From positions 1 through 58,414 of IMG/VR virus record IMGVR_UViG_3300032304_001218: a stretch of 58,414 bases of DNA; one strand, 5' to 3'. The notes beneath the pieces were generated by a model. The model worked only from the letters and a program-made list of their open reading frames with translations. It had not been told where the DNA came from and made no database searches. This document shows positions 1 through 8,205 of this stretch, one piece after another (positions within the stretch are counted from its first letter, which is position 1; every line of letters begins with the position of its first letter). A program made the translations under genes and the position numbers. The DNA comes from a virus (Duplodnaviria; Caudoviricetes).

Positions 1-2
1 AG

Positions 3-164
3 GAGTTTGTGGTCCAACGTGACTGGAATGATATACCTACAGGAGTTGTCAAATTTAATATTCAGCATACGCAAGGTGAATTAGCAAGAATATTTGTACA
101 TGCCCTTACTCAAGAAGAAGCAGAACGCCAAGTTGATGATTGGTTCGGTGAAGGTGTAGAATGA
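3..164 (+). CDS. Hypothetical protein, 5'-truncated by window edge
   Basis: Open frame 3 (EFVVQRDWND...WFGEGVE*) ending in TGA that overlaps the ATG at 161 (ATGA coupling). Not in the ORF track. Confidence 0.6.
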   Translation, partial: EFVVQRDWNDIPTGVVKFNIQHTQGELARIFVHALTQEEAERQVDDWFGEGVE

Positions 165-358
165 TTGATAAAACTCCCTGGGATCGATTGAAAGAGCAAT
201 TTAAACCAGATGGCAAAGGTAGATTTAAAACTACTGATGCTATGAAGGTTGCTGTTCAAATAGATAATGAGAGAATCCAATTAGAGAAAAAGGTTCGGGG
301 ATTAAATAAAGAAATAGAAGCATATAAGCAACATTTACGGGCAGTGACAAGACAATGA
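161..358 (+). CDS. Hypothetical phage protein with coiled-coil C-terminus
   Basis: 65-aa ORF, ATGA-coupled to neighbours on both sides. Confidence 0.6.
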   Translation: MIDKTPWDRLKEQFKPDGKGRFKTTDAMKVAVQIDNERIQLEKKVRGLNKEIEAYKQHLRAVTRQ

Positions 359-774
359 TTAAACCTCTACGTGACGACCTTATGGTGCAACAACAAGTCG
401 ACGATGCTTGGCAGCATTTTGTTGGAGTGATTATGTTGAATCAAACTGGACGAAAAGCTGTAAAGACCACATTACCCGAATTCCTATATTGGTTTCCTAC
501 AGCATTGGCACTATTACACGCAGAAGAAGAGTTTGTTAAAAGTATAATCCAACCTTTAGGCATGGTAAATGTTCGCTATAATCGTTTGATCAGAATGAGT
601 CAAGACTATTTGACTTGGGACAGAAATGATGCTACAATGTTATATGGCATTGGCAAGTATGGATCTGATTCATATGAGATCTTTTACAAACAGAATTATT
701 CCGTACAGCCAACTGATAAAGAACTGATAAGATATCTCAAGGAAGAAGTTAATAATGTTTTTGAAACTGCTTGA
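355..774 (+). CDS. MBD4-like HhH-GPD family DNA glycosylase
   Basis: DAWQHFVGVIMLNQT, IQPLGM and the HhH motif LYGIGKYGSDSYEIF...PTDKEL follow the MBD4 glycosylase-domain pattern (recalled as LHGIGKYGNDSYRIF...PEDHKL). Confidence 0.75.
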   Translation: MIKPLRDDLMVQQQVDDAWQHFVGVIMLNQTGRKAVKTTLPEFLYWFPTALALLHAEEEFVKSIIQPLGMVNVRYNRLIRMSQDYLTWDRNDATMLYGIGKYGSDSYEIFYKQNYSVQPTDKELIRYLKEEVNNVFETA

Positions 775-1222
775 ACGTCTGGGTCGCAAACGTATCATTT
801 TTGATCGTATTAATAACGAACCTTATCTCGAAAGATATTATCTGTTTCTCAAAGAGCGTGAACGATTTCCTTTCAATATATTTTTACACAAATTTCTAAA
901 AGGTGATCCAGACGATGTTCATGATCATCCGTGGCCCTACGCTACCTTGATTCTCAAAGGCGGATATTATGAATGGGTTCCTATTTTTAATACTGTAGGT
1001 AAAAAAATCAATGAAGTACGTCTGTGGCGCGGCCCCGGACATTTTCGTATTTGCTCTGATACATCGTATCATCGCATTGAATTAAAAACAGGAGTTACTG
1101 CTTGGACACTGTTTATGCCAGGACCCCATCGTCGTGAATGGGGATTTTTAGTTAACAATAAATGGATACAGCACGAACAGTATCTCAAGGATAGACATGA
1201 ACAAGTTGCCAATAACATATAA
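755..1222 (+). CDS. Cupin-fold (RmlC-like) metal-binding protein
   Basis: HDHPW...LILKGGYYE motif 1 and YHRIEL...AWTLF motif 2, typical of phage cupins. Confidence 0.6.
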   Translation: MFLKLLERLGRKRIIFDRINNEPYLERYYLFLKERERFPFNIFLHKFLKGDPDDVHDHPWPYATLILKGGYYEWVPIFNTVGKKINEVRLWRGPGHFRICSDTSYHRIELKTGVTAWTLFMPGPHRREWGFLVNNKWIQHEQYLKDRHEQVANNI

Positions 1223-1730
1223 TGAATTAGTTCGCCTTGTAAACAAGATCTGTAGAGAAATCTTAATCAGTAATTGGAGACCGGACTATATTGTAGGTAT
1301 AACTCGCGGAGGATTAATTCCAGCGGTGATGATTAGCCAGTATCTTAATGTACCTATGCATTCACTTAATGTCACTCTGCGTGATGGAAACGAATGTGAA
1401 TCTAATTTGTGGATGGCCGAAGATGCATTTGGTTATGCCATATATGATCCTATGTGTTCAGGAAATGGACGAAAGCGGATCCTTATTGTAGATGATATCA
1501 ATGACACCGGTGCTACATTAGACTGGATTATAAATGATTGGCCAAGTGGATGTTTTCCAGATGAGCCAGCATGGAAAGAAGTATGGAATAATAATGTAAA
1601 GTTTGCTGTGATTGTAGACAATCTCGCCAGCAAATGCAGTGTTAAGATGGATTTCGTTGGCATGGAAGTCAACAAGACAGAGAACGATATATGGATTGAT
1701 TTTCCTTGGGAAGATTGGTGGACAAAATGA
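1197..1730 (+). CDS. Type I phosphoribosyltransferase (purine PRTase-like)
   Basis: IVGITRGGLIPA, PRPP-binding loop ILIVDDINDTGATL and C-terminal WIDFPWE, as in Gpt-like enzymes. Confidence 0.85.
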   Translation: MNKLPITYNELVRLVNKICREILISNWRPDYIVGITRGGLIPAVMISQYLNVPMHSLNVTLRDGNECESNLWMAEDAFGYAIYDPMCSGNGRKRILIVDDINDTGATLDWIINDWPSGCFPDEPAWKEVWNNNVKFAVIVDNLASKCSVKMDFVGMEVNKTENDIWIDFPWEDWWTK

Positions 1731-1954
1731 TTGATTCTAAGATAACACTACACTGCACTGATAATAACAAAGACGTTGATGCATATGTATTAAACTATCG
1801 ACCAAAAGCACTGTTAGAAGTAGCATTTCAAACATTAAAGATACGTATGGTGTATAAAGAGAATACTCGTGTATTTTTTGGTAGTATAGGCGGGCATGAA
1901 TTTGTGATCAAGGAAGATGATTTGCCGAAAGAACGCAAGGAGTTTCAACGATGA
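1727..1954 (+). CDS. Hypothetical phage protein
   Basis: ORF 1706..1954. ATG at 1727 overlaps the PRTase TGA, so it is the more likely start. Confidence 0.6.
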   Translation: MIDSKITLHCTDNNKDVDAYVLNYRPKALLEVAFQTLKIRMVYKENTRVFFGSIGGHEFVIKEDDLPKERKEFQR

Positions 1955-2346
1955 AAACTGTTCAAAAAATTATAAATTCTGAACCAGCCTGTATAGATGA
2001 TAGTGTTAATGCACCTTGGACTGATCTCGAACTTGAAGATTTTCATGTCAAGGTATTTAGTGATGCGTATCCTGTCACCCCCGGGCATAAATTATATGTG
2101 CCGCAATATAACAATATAGATGTTCTCAGAGATGCTGTCGTAGATGCTGTATCTCGTGGACTCAAAGGTATAGAAAACGGAGAATGGGATGGATTTAATG
2201 TAGGGATGAATATAGGCGCTGTTGCTGGACAGACCTGTGCTTGGCCTCATGTGCATCTTATTCCTAGGCGACAAGGAGATATGGAAGATCCTAGAGGAGG
2301 TGTTCGACATGTGATTCCGGAACGAGGTAATTACAAAAAATGGTAA
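1951..2346 (+). CDS. HIT family nucleotide hydrolase
   Basis: DAYPVTPGHKLYVP, GFNVGMNIGAVAGQT and a HIT-like PHVHLIPRR motif. Confidence 0.85.
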   Translation: MKTVQKIINSEPACIDDSVNAPWTDLELEDFHVKVFSDAYPVTPGHKLYVPQYNNIDVLRDAVVDAVSRGLKGIENGEWDGFNVGMNIGAVAGQTCAWPHVHLIPRRQGDMEDPRGGVRHVIPERGNYKKW

Positions 2347-2540
2347 TTGTGCATATACCGTGGAATCCTAAGGCAAGTAACATTCCTATATGGAATCAAA
2401 TCACAGCATCGATCATGGAACGGTTTGGTCTTCCAGGTTACAAGTATACTACTGAAATCACAGAGAATTATATGAATTTTCATTTTCAAGACGATCATGA
2501 AGGATTGATCTGTCAACTTTTAGTCAGCGATTACATATGA
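2340..2540 (+). CDS. Hypothetical phage protein
   Basis: 66-aa ORF overlapping both neighbours, on the same strand. Confidence 0.55.
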   Translation: MVIVHIPWNPKASNIPIWNQITASIMERFGLPGYKYTTEITENYMNFHFQDDHEGLICQLLVSDYI

Positions 2541-2755
2541 AAGATATCTCTATAGTGATCATTGTACTGTTGACTATATTCTTAATGGCAATGATCTATT
2601 GGGACAGCCCCAATGAGAAATGGATCAGTTGTAGAGATGTAGATTTTCTGCCCGATGTGCCTCCCGAAGTACGTGCAGAGTGTAGAAAAATAACCAAAGA
2701 TCGATTAGATCAACAACGTGATCAAGAACAAGATAGAGCAAGGGTAAGAACATGA
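2537..2755 (+). CDS. Hypothetical membrane-anchored protein
   Basis: N-terminal hydrophobic helix (ISIVIIVLLTIFLMAMIYW); ATGA-coupled. Confidence 0.55.
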   Translation: MKDISIVIIVLLTIFLMAMIYWDSPNEKWISCRDVDFLPDVPPEVRAECRKITKDRLDQQRDQEQDRARVRT

Positions 2756-2916
2756 GTACATGGACACTGACTGTGGAAGAAGATTTAGTTACTGGAGATT
2801 GTATTTTAACATTTCCTCCAGACCTATTAGAGCAAGCAGGGTGGAAAGAGGGCGACATATTAGAGTGGAAGGATCTAGAAGACGGTTCTTGGCTTTTAGA
2901 AAAAAAGAGTGTATAA
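2752..2916 (+). CDS. Small AbrB/MazE/SpoVT-like DNA-binding protein (54 aa)
   Basis: Read by hand: MSTWTLTVEEDLVTGDCILTFPPDLLEQAGWKEGDILEWKDLEDGSWLLEKKSV*. The LTFPPDLLEQAGWKEGDILEW pattern is the AbrB-type signature. It fills the gap left by the ORF track. Confidence 0.6.
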   Translation: MSTWTLTVEEDLVTGDCILTFPPDLLEQAGWKEGDILEWKDLEDGSWLLEKKSV

Positions 2917-2917
2917 T
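2889..2917 (+). promoter_or_regulatory. Sigma70-type promoter upstream of the queE-like gene
   Basis: TTGGCT (2889-2894), 17-bp spacer, TATAAT (2912-2917); ATG follows 5 nt later. Confidence 0.5.
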
Positions 2918-2922
2918 AAATT

Positions 2923-3792
2923 ATGAGTAAAATTAAAATTGCAGAGCTGTTTTACAGTATACAAGGCGAAGGACGCTATATGGGCGTTCCTTCTGTTTTC
3001 CTACGCACATTTGGTTGTAACTTTAAATGTCAAGGCTTTGGTATGCCTCGTGACACAATCAGTATTGAGGCAGACGATATTGCATACACACACGCAAATA
3101 TCGAGTTATTTCAAAAATATGAAGACTTGCCGTTAGTAAGCACAGGCTGTGATAGTTATGCTAGTTGGCATCCTGCGTTCAAAGAGTTATCGCCATTGCT
3201 TACTAGCGATGCTATTGTAGAACGTACTATGGAAATTCTTCCTGGTAACAAATGGGGCGATGCTCACTTGGTTATTACAGGCGGAGAGCCTTTGCTAGGT
3301 TGGCAACGTGCTTATCCGGACTTGTTGAATCATCCTAAGATGGCAGGATTGAAGGAAATCACATTTGAAACAAATGGTACTCAAAAGTTAAGCCCAGAGT
3401 TTAAAGAATATCTACACAACTGGAGAATGCCAGAGATCGGTCATGTTCCAACAAAAGAAATTACATTTAGTGTAAGTGCTAAACTTCCATGTAGTGGTGA
3501 GAAGTGGGAAGAAGCAATTCTTCCAGAAGTAGTTTGCGAGTACGAAGAAGTTGGTACTGCGTATTTGAAGTTTGTTATTGCTACAGAACAAGACTTTGCT
3601 GACGCAGAGTGTGCTATCGCCGCTTATCGTACAGCAGGATTTAAAGGTCATGTTTATCTAATGCCTGTTGGCGGTGTTGAAAGCGTATACGCACTAAACA
3701 ATCGTAACGTAGCAGACTTAGCTATGAAGAATGGCTTACGCTACAGTGATAGATTACAAGTACCGTTATTTAAAAATGAATGGGGAACTTAA
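2923..3792 (+). CDS. queE: QueE-like 7-carboxy-7-deazaguanine synthase (radical SAM)
   Basis: IAELFYSIQGEG...PSVFLRTFGCNFKC...GCDS, VITGGEPLL, FETNGT, LKFVI, YLMP and RLQ motifs of the QueE/NrdG-like family. Confidence 0.8.
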   Translation: MSKIKIAELFYSIQGEGRYMGVPSVFLRTFGCNFKCQGFGMPRDTISIEADDIAYTHANIELFQKYEDLPLVSTGCDSYASWHPAFKELSPLLTSDAIVERTMEILPGNKWGDAHLVITGGEPLLGWQRAYPDLLNHPKMAGLKEITFETNGTQKLSPEFKEYLHNWRMPEIGHVPTKEITFSVSAKLPCSGEKWEEAILPEVVCEYEEVGTAYLKFVIATEQDFADAECAIAAYRTAGFKGHVYLMPVGGVESVYALNNRNVADLAMKNGLRYSDRLQVPLFKNEWGT

Positions 3793-3998
3793 TGGAAACT
3801 AAAAAACGAACTGTAGTAAGGATGCTCACCTATCGGTTAACTGCCTGGGCATTCACTATTTTATGGACTTATATGTTTACCGGCAACATTGCTAACGCTA
3901 CCGGATTTGCCACCGCATTACATATTCTTCTCAGTATTGATTACTATATTCACGAACGTATTTGGCTTAAAATTAAATGGGGTAAAGTTGATGCATAA
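3792..3998 (+). CDS. Small membrane protein, DUF2061-like
   Basis: ETKKRTVVRMLTYR...two hydrophobic helices...YYIHERIWLKIKWG. ATG at 3792 overlaps the queE stop. Confidence 0.6.
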   Translation: METKKRTVVRMLTYRLTAWAFTILWTYMFTGNIANATGFATALHILLSIDYYIHERIWLKIKWGKVDA

Positions 3999-4176
3999 TG
4001 TCAGCTATTATTCTCATAATGATAGATACAGTGCTGTTTGGACCTTGAGATTCAAAGGAATTTATGCTTCTCTACGTCGAAATAAAGCAACAAAGACTTG
4101 GCATTTTTTTATTATGAGAATTACTGACTTAGATATTCTAGGTCTATATCACGAAATAGGATGGAAAATAAAATAA
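3991..4176 (+). CDS. Hypothetical protein
   Basis: 3' part of ORF 3889..4176 starting at ATG 3991; fills the gap and couples to the next gene. Confidence 0.4.
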   Translation: MHNVSYYSHNDRYSAVWTLRFKGIYASLRRNKATKTWHFFIMRITDLDILGLYHEIGWKIK

Positions 4177-4616
4177 TGAAAAAATTTATAGAACGATTAT
4201 TTGGTATTGACAAGATCAGAGCAGAAGCTGAACGATCTATAGTCGTCGCAGCAGAAGCTGCTGAAGCAGCCAAAACAGCCATTGCGGCTGCTGAACGTGC
4301 CGCAGAAGCAGAAGCGCAGGCCAAACTATCACCAAAAGAACGTGCAACACGCAAAAAAGAACCTTGGGTTGGTGTACTCGAAACACATGTCAACAAAGAC
4401 AATGTACGTAATGGCTTTTTTGAGCTTGACTGGAATGACCTTTTTGTGTTAAAATTAAAGCAAGAAGGATACGGTGAAGACGGTGACAAGGACGAAGAAA
4501 TCGTAGATCGTTGGTTCCGTGAACTGTGTGCCAATGTAGTAGTTGATGGTGATTTTGGCGGTCCTGTAAACACAGGCTTAATTGATATTAAAACAGTGAA
4601 GAAAGATAATCTATGA
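4176..4616 (+). CDS. Hypothetical phage protein with Ala/Glu-rich helix
   Basis: ORF 4161..4616. ATG at 4176 overlaps the upstream TAA; ATGA-coupled to the RNase H gene. Confidence 0.65.
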   Translation: MKKFIERLFGIDKIRAEAERSIVVAAEAAEAAKTAIAAAERAAEAEAQAKLSPKERATRKKEPWVGVLETHVNKDNVRNGFFELDWNDLFVLKLKQEGYGEDGDKDEEIVDRWFRELCANVVVDGDFGGPVNTGLIDIKTVKKDNL

Positions 4617-5599
4617 CATATATCTTAGTTGATACAGCAAACACATTCTTTCGTGCTCGTCACGTTATCAACGGTGATGCTGATATCAAACTAGGCATGG
4701 CATTCCACATTACATTAAACAGTATTCGCAAGGCATGGCAGCAGTTCGAAGGTAGCCATGTTATTTTCTGTTTAGAAGGTAGATCGTGGCGTAAAGATTA
4801 TTATGCTCCTTACAAGCGTAATCGGTCCGATGCTCGTGCCGCACATACAGAACGTGAGCAGGAAGAAGATCGCATATTCTGGGAAGCGTTTGATACGTTT
4901 AAAGAATTTATAACAGACAAGACAAACTGCACTGTATTACAGAATCCGCAGTTAGAGGCTGATGATCTAATTGCAGGATGGATACAGACTCATCCGAATG
5001 ACAAACATGTGATTATCAGCACAGACACAGACTTTGTTCAATTGATTGCACCCAATGTCACACAATATAACGGTGTCATGGAACATGTTATCACACACGA
5101 AGGAATATTTGATGACAAAGGCAAAGCAGTCATTGACAAAAAAACACAAGAGCCGAAAGCAGCACCCAATCCAGAATGGTTGTTGTTTGAAAAATGCATG
5201 CGTGGTGATACCAGTGATAATGTCTTCTCGGCGTATCCAGGTGTGCGTACTAAAGGCACAAGCAAAAAAGTGGGTCTTAGTGAAGCGTTCGAAGATCGTA
5301 ACAGCAAAGGATATGCATGGAACAATCTCATGTTACAGAGATGGTCTGATCACGAAGGCAAAGAACATAGAGTTTTAGAAGATTATGAACGCAATCGTCG
5401 ACTGATTGATCTTAGTCATCAGCCAGACGATATCAAAGAGATAATCGTAAATACAATTTCTTCAGCCACTGCAGAGCAAAAGGACATCAGTCAAGTCGGT
5501 ATAAGATTAATCAAGTTTTGCAATTTGTGGGATTTGAAAAAGATTGCTGATCAAGCACATAGTTATGCAGAACCACTCAATGCGAGGTATACACAATGA
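4613..5599 (+). CDS. rnh: T4 RNase H-like 5'-3' exonuclease / flap endonuclease
   Basis: ILVDTAN, SWRKDYYAPYKRNR, EADDLIA, IISTDTDFVQL and GDTSDNV acidic motifs of the 5' nuclease family. Confidence 0.85.
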   Translation: MTYILVDTANTFFRARHVINGDADIKLGMAFHITLNSIRKAWQQFEGSHVIFCLEGRSWRKDYYAPYKRNRSDARAAHTEREQEEDRIFWEAFDTFKEFITDKTNCTVLQNPQLEADDLIAGWIQTHPNDKHVIISTDTDFVQLIAPNVTQYNGVMEHVITHEGIFDDKGKAVIDKKTQEPKAAPNPEWLLFEKCMRGDTSDNVFSAYPGVRTKGTSKKVGLSEAFEDRNSKGYAWNNLMLQRWSDHEGKEHRVLEDYERNRRLIDLSHQPDDIKEIIVNTISSATAEQKDISQVGIRLIKFCNLWDLKKIADQAHSYAEPLNARYTQ

Positions 5600-6072
5600 C
5601 AGATATACATGCTAAACCAATTATTGCAAATAAATTTTGGATCGTAGAATCAAATGGTGAGAAGATTGCCACTCTGAGAAAAGACGACGACAATAGATTT
5701 GTTATGAGTAATGAGACTGGTATAAAAATCTATGAGACTAAAGATAGTTTAACCAAACAGTTCGGTAAAAAGTTTTTTACTGTAAAGATTGTTAAAGAGT
5801 CTGACACAGCACTACCCAATGAAGTTCATGGATATGCCACAAGTACTGAACCACACAATGCCATGTTCGATATTCGAAAGAAATTACCTCTATTCACAAA
5901 AAGCAGTGATTCTAAAAGCCTTTATTGTGCAGGCTACTACTGTATAAAATTCGAGAAAGGGTGGGTCAAGAGCTTTTGTCCTAAAAAGATCACCCTTGAA
6001 CGCTATCCGTATCAAGGACCATTTAAGACTGAACTTGAAATGAAACTGGTATTAGCCAATGTCACAAAATAA
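5596..6072 (+). CDS. Hypothetical phage protein
   Basis: 158-aa ORF, coupled to rnh, with GAGG upstream. Confidence 0.65.
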   Translation: MTDIHAKPIIANKFWIVESNGEKIATLRKDDDNRFVMSNETGIKIYETKDSLTKQFGKKFFTVKIVKESDTALPNEVHGYATSTEPHNAMFDIRKKLPLFTKSSDSKSLYCAGYYCIKFEKGWVKSFCPKKITLERYPYQGPFKTELEMKLVLANVTK

Positions 6073-6307
6073 TTTACCAGAAACACTTCCTACGGTACAA
6101 AAACTTATTGCACGAATCAGTGTAGCTGATCGTAGTCAACAGAAAGAAATACGCATCAGTATACAAGAGGCCAGAGATCTTACTACAGAACTAGCACTGC
6201 TAACAGCCAAACTAGGAAGCACCGTTAGCGAAATACATCAAATGTTAGCTGCAATTAAGGAATCTACCACTCAAATAGACGTTAAATTCGACGGCGGGCA
6301 GTTCTAA
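6059..6307 (+). CDS. Hypothetical helical protein
   Basis: 82-aa ORF overlapping the upstream gene. Confidence 0.6.
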   Translation: MSQNNLPETLPTVQKLIARISVADRSQQKEIRISIQEARDLTTELALLTAKLGSTVSEIHQMLAAIKESTTQIDVKFDGGQF

Positions 6308-6312
6308 AAAAA

Positions 6313-6320
6313 CATAAATA
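6313..6320 (+). promoter_or_regulatory. T4-like late promoter (CATAAATA)
   Basis: TAAATA core in the intergenic gap upstream of ATG 6349; the same core recurs before structural genes. Confidence 0.6.
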
Positions 6321-6350
6321 TATACGTGGTTAATTAGGAAACACGTATAT
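6320..6350 (+). promoter_or_regulatory. Inverted repeat covering the start codon, with the RBS inside
   Basis: ATATACGTG (6320-6328) is the exact reverse complement of CACGTATAT (6342-6350). AGGA (6336-6339) lies between the arms and ATG 6349 is in the 3' arm. Confidence 0.65.
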
Positions 6351-6633
6351 GAGCAGACCCAAACCTAAAATTCTTTTAGAATATGCTAACAAAGAAACCT
6401 ACAAGGTTGAGCAGATTCTTGACTCGGAAGCCATCTGGGCTGTGTTCTATAACGGCCAACCATTTAATCTCAAAAGCGGTAGTCTGGTAGCCAGCTACCC
6501 TGGACCTAAATACAAAAAGGTGTCTTTTTCAAATCCTGGCCATGCACATAATTTGGCAAAAAAGTTAAATCGACTGTTTAAGACCAAAGACTTTGCAGTT
6601 TACAAACTCACCACTGGCGAAGAGATCAAATGA
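6349..6633 (+). CDS. Hypothetical basic phage protein
   Basis: 94-aa Lys-rich ORF with an AGGA RBS. Confidence 0.7.
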   Translation: MSRPKPKILLEYANKETYKVEQILDSEAIWAVFYNGQPFNLKSGSLVASYPGPKYKKVSFSNPGHAHNLAKKLNRLFKTKDFAVYKLTTGEEIK

Positions 6634-6634
6634 C

Positions 6635-7033
6635 ATGAACAAAGATGCCTATACTAGGGCGTTCTTGCAGGCAGCAGAGATACCAATTACTGAAAAAAAT
6701 ATCAAAGACTATAAAGCCGTGTGGTGGTGGAATTTTAGAAACAAAGATCAAGGTGGTTTGAGGTTAACTGAACAGGCCTTGGAATTCATTGAAGAATATG
6801 CTAAAATAAAAACATACAAGATAGAATTTCCAAAAGAATTTGCATTCACTCCACAGGTGTTGCTTTGGTTAGACAATTATATCGATTCACCGTTTTTCGT
6901 CAACAAAAAACATATCATTGTTATGAAAGAAAAAGCTGCTTTTGAACTATATTTGCTCAGTGGCGACGTTCGCAAACTAGGCCACAATAGAGCTATGAAC
7001 AAAAGACTTAGCCAAGAATCCACCCCCGAATAA
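6635..7033 (+). CDS. Hypothetical phage protein
   Basis: ORF 6593..7033. ATG at 6635 directly follows the upstream stop. Confidence 0.65.
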   Translation: MNKDAYTRAFLQAAEIPITEKNIKDYKAVWWWNFRNKDQGGLRLTEQALEFIEEYAKIKTYKIEFPKEFAFTPQVLLWLDNYIDSPFFVNKKHIIVMKEKAAFELYLLSGDVRKLGHNRAMNKRLSQESTPE

Positions 7034-7041
7034 TCTCACTG

Positions 7042-7049
7042 TATAAATA
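7042..7049 (+). promoter_or_regulatory. T4-like late promoter (TATAAATA)
   Basis: Exact T4 late consensus, 8 nt upstream of ATG 7058. Confidence 0.65.
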
Positions 7050-7057
7050 TTTTCACT

Positions 7058-7330
7058 ATGTTTGACCTTAATCCTATGGATGTTTTACAACAGAGAAATC
7101 TGCGTACAATCGCTCCGCATTTTTCTACGTTTGCCATTACCGAAAACGAGTTGTTTAATGGAGTAGAAGATTGGGTTAAAACTAAGCTCAAAGGCAGATA
7201 CTATATCTGTGCAAAGCCTGCTGTAGACCGCAGCGGGAATCTTAGATCTTCATGTGTAATCGGATTTGAAGATCATCAAGAACTAACTTATTTCATGCTT
7301 GCATGTCCACACCTAAGGAGAACACAATGA
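7058..7330 (+). CDS. Hypothetical phage protein
   Basis: 90-aa ORF downstream of TATAAATA. Confidence 0.65.
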   Translation: MFDLNPMDVLQQRNLRTIAPHFSTFAITENELFNGVEDWVKTKLKGRYYICAKPAVDRSGNLRSSCVIGFEDHQELTYFMLACPHLRRTQ

Positions 7331-7554
7331 CAGAAGAAACCAATGAACCAACCAGCACTGAACCTGTTGCTGAACAAGCAGCACCTGCGGCAGCTGCACC
7401 TGATTTAAATATCAGTGATCTACTAGCAGTAAAAAATATCATAGAAGTAGCTACTTCAAGAGGTGCGTTCAAAGCCGCCGAACTAGAAGCAGTGGGCAAA
7501 ACGTTTAATAAATTAAACAATTTTCTAGAATCTGTATCTAAAAAGGAAGCCTAA
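7327..7554 (+). CDS. Hypothetical protein with acidic/Ala-Pro N-terminus
   Basis: AAGGAG RBS before ATG 7327, in frame with ORF 7303..7554. Confidence 0.65.
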   Translation: MTEETNEPTSTEPVAEQAAPAAAAPDLNISDLLAVKNIIEVATSRGAFKAAELEAVGKTFNKLNNFLESVSKKEA

Positions 7555-8205
7555 ATGCGAAGCCTAAAACACATAGGTAGAATTCAAAATACTGGAGCCA
7601 AGGTATTGGTAGTATTTAGAACTCTGCCCGGAGAATCAAACATGGCTCTAGTATTGCCTGTAGCCCAACTGCCAGATCAATATCATGATTCAATCATGAC
7701 TTTAGTGGAAACAGATCAAGCGCAGGATGCATTTGAGTTTGGCGAGATCATGCACATACGTCCATTCCCGGATGGTAGACCTATGCTGCGGGCAATGCAA
7801 GCCGATGGCAGATTGATCAAAGTTGCTACTGATTCTGTAATGATGACTCCAACCACAAATGACACTGTGTTGTTAGCTAACCTTAACACATTGATAGCAG
7901 AACAGAAAAACTGCACTATCGATGATTTATGCACGTTTGTAGCAGGAGCACCATCAGCTAAGCCAGTGGTCAAAGATATAGCCACAGTCAATGATATGAC
8001 TCCGGCCGTGGATTCGGATGTTCCTGCTCCTGTCAGAGCACAGGCCAATACTAATACGGCTTTATCTGATCAAGATCTTGCTAAATCATATCGAAGCCAA
8101 GCAGATGCTATGTATAAAGAAGCAGCTAGATTACGCAAAGAAGCAGATACTTTAGATCCGGTTATTAAAAAGACCAAAAAGGTAGAAGAAGCTGCCAATG
8201 CCTAA
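7555..8205 (+). CDS. Hypothetical phage protein
   Basis: 216-aa ORF with an AAGGA RBS and a C-terminal coiled coil. Confidence 0.7.
   Translation: MRSLKHIGRIQNTGAKVLVVFRTLPGESNMALVLPVAQLPDQYHDSIMTLVETDQAQDAFEFGEIMHIRPFPDGRPMLRAMQADGRLIKVATDSVMMTPTTNDTVLLANLNTLIAEQKNCTIDDLCTFVAGAPSAKPVVKDIATVNDMTPAVDSDVPAPVRAQANTNTALSDQDLAKSYRSQADAMYKEAARLRKEADTLDPVIKKTKKVEEAANA

Noticed and set aside
4121-4573. 150-aa minus-strand Ala/Ser-rich ORF
   Set aside because: It is the antisense of the Ala/Glu-rich plus-strand gene, which is translationally coupled to its neighbours.
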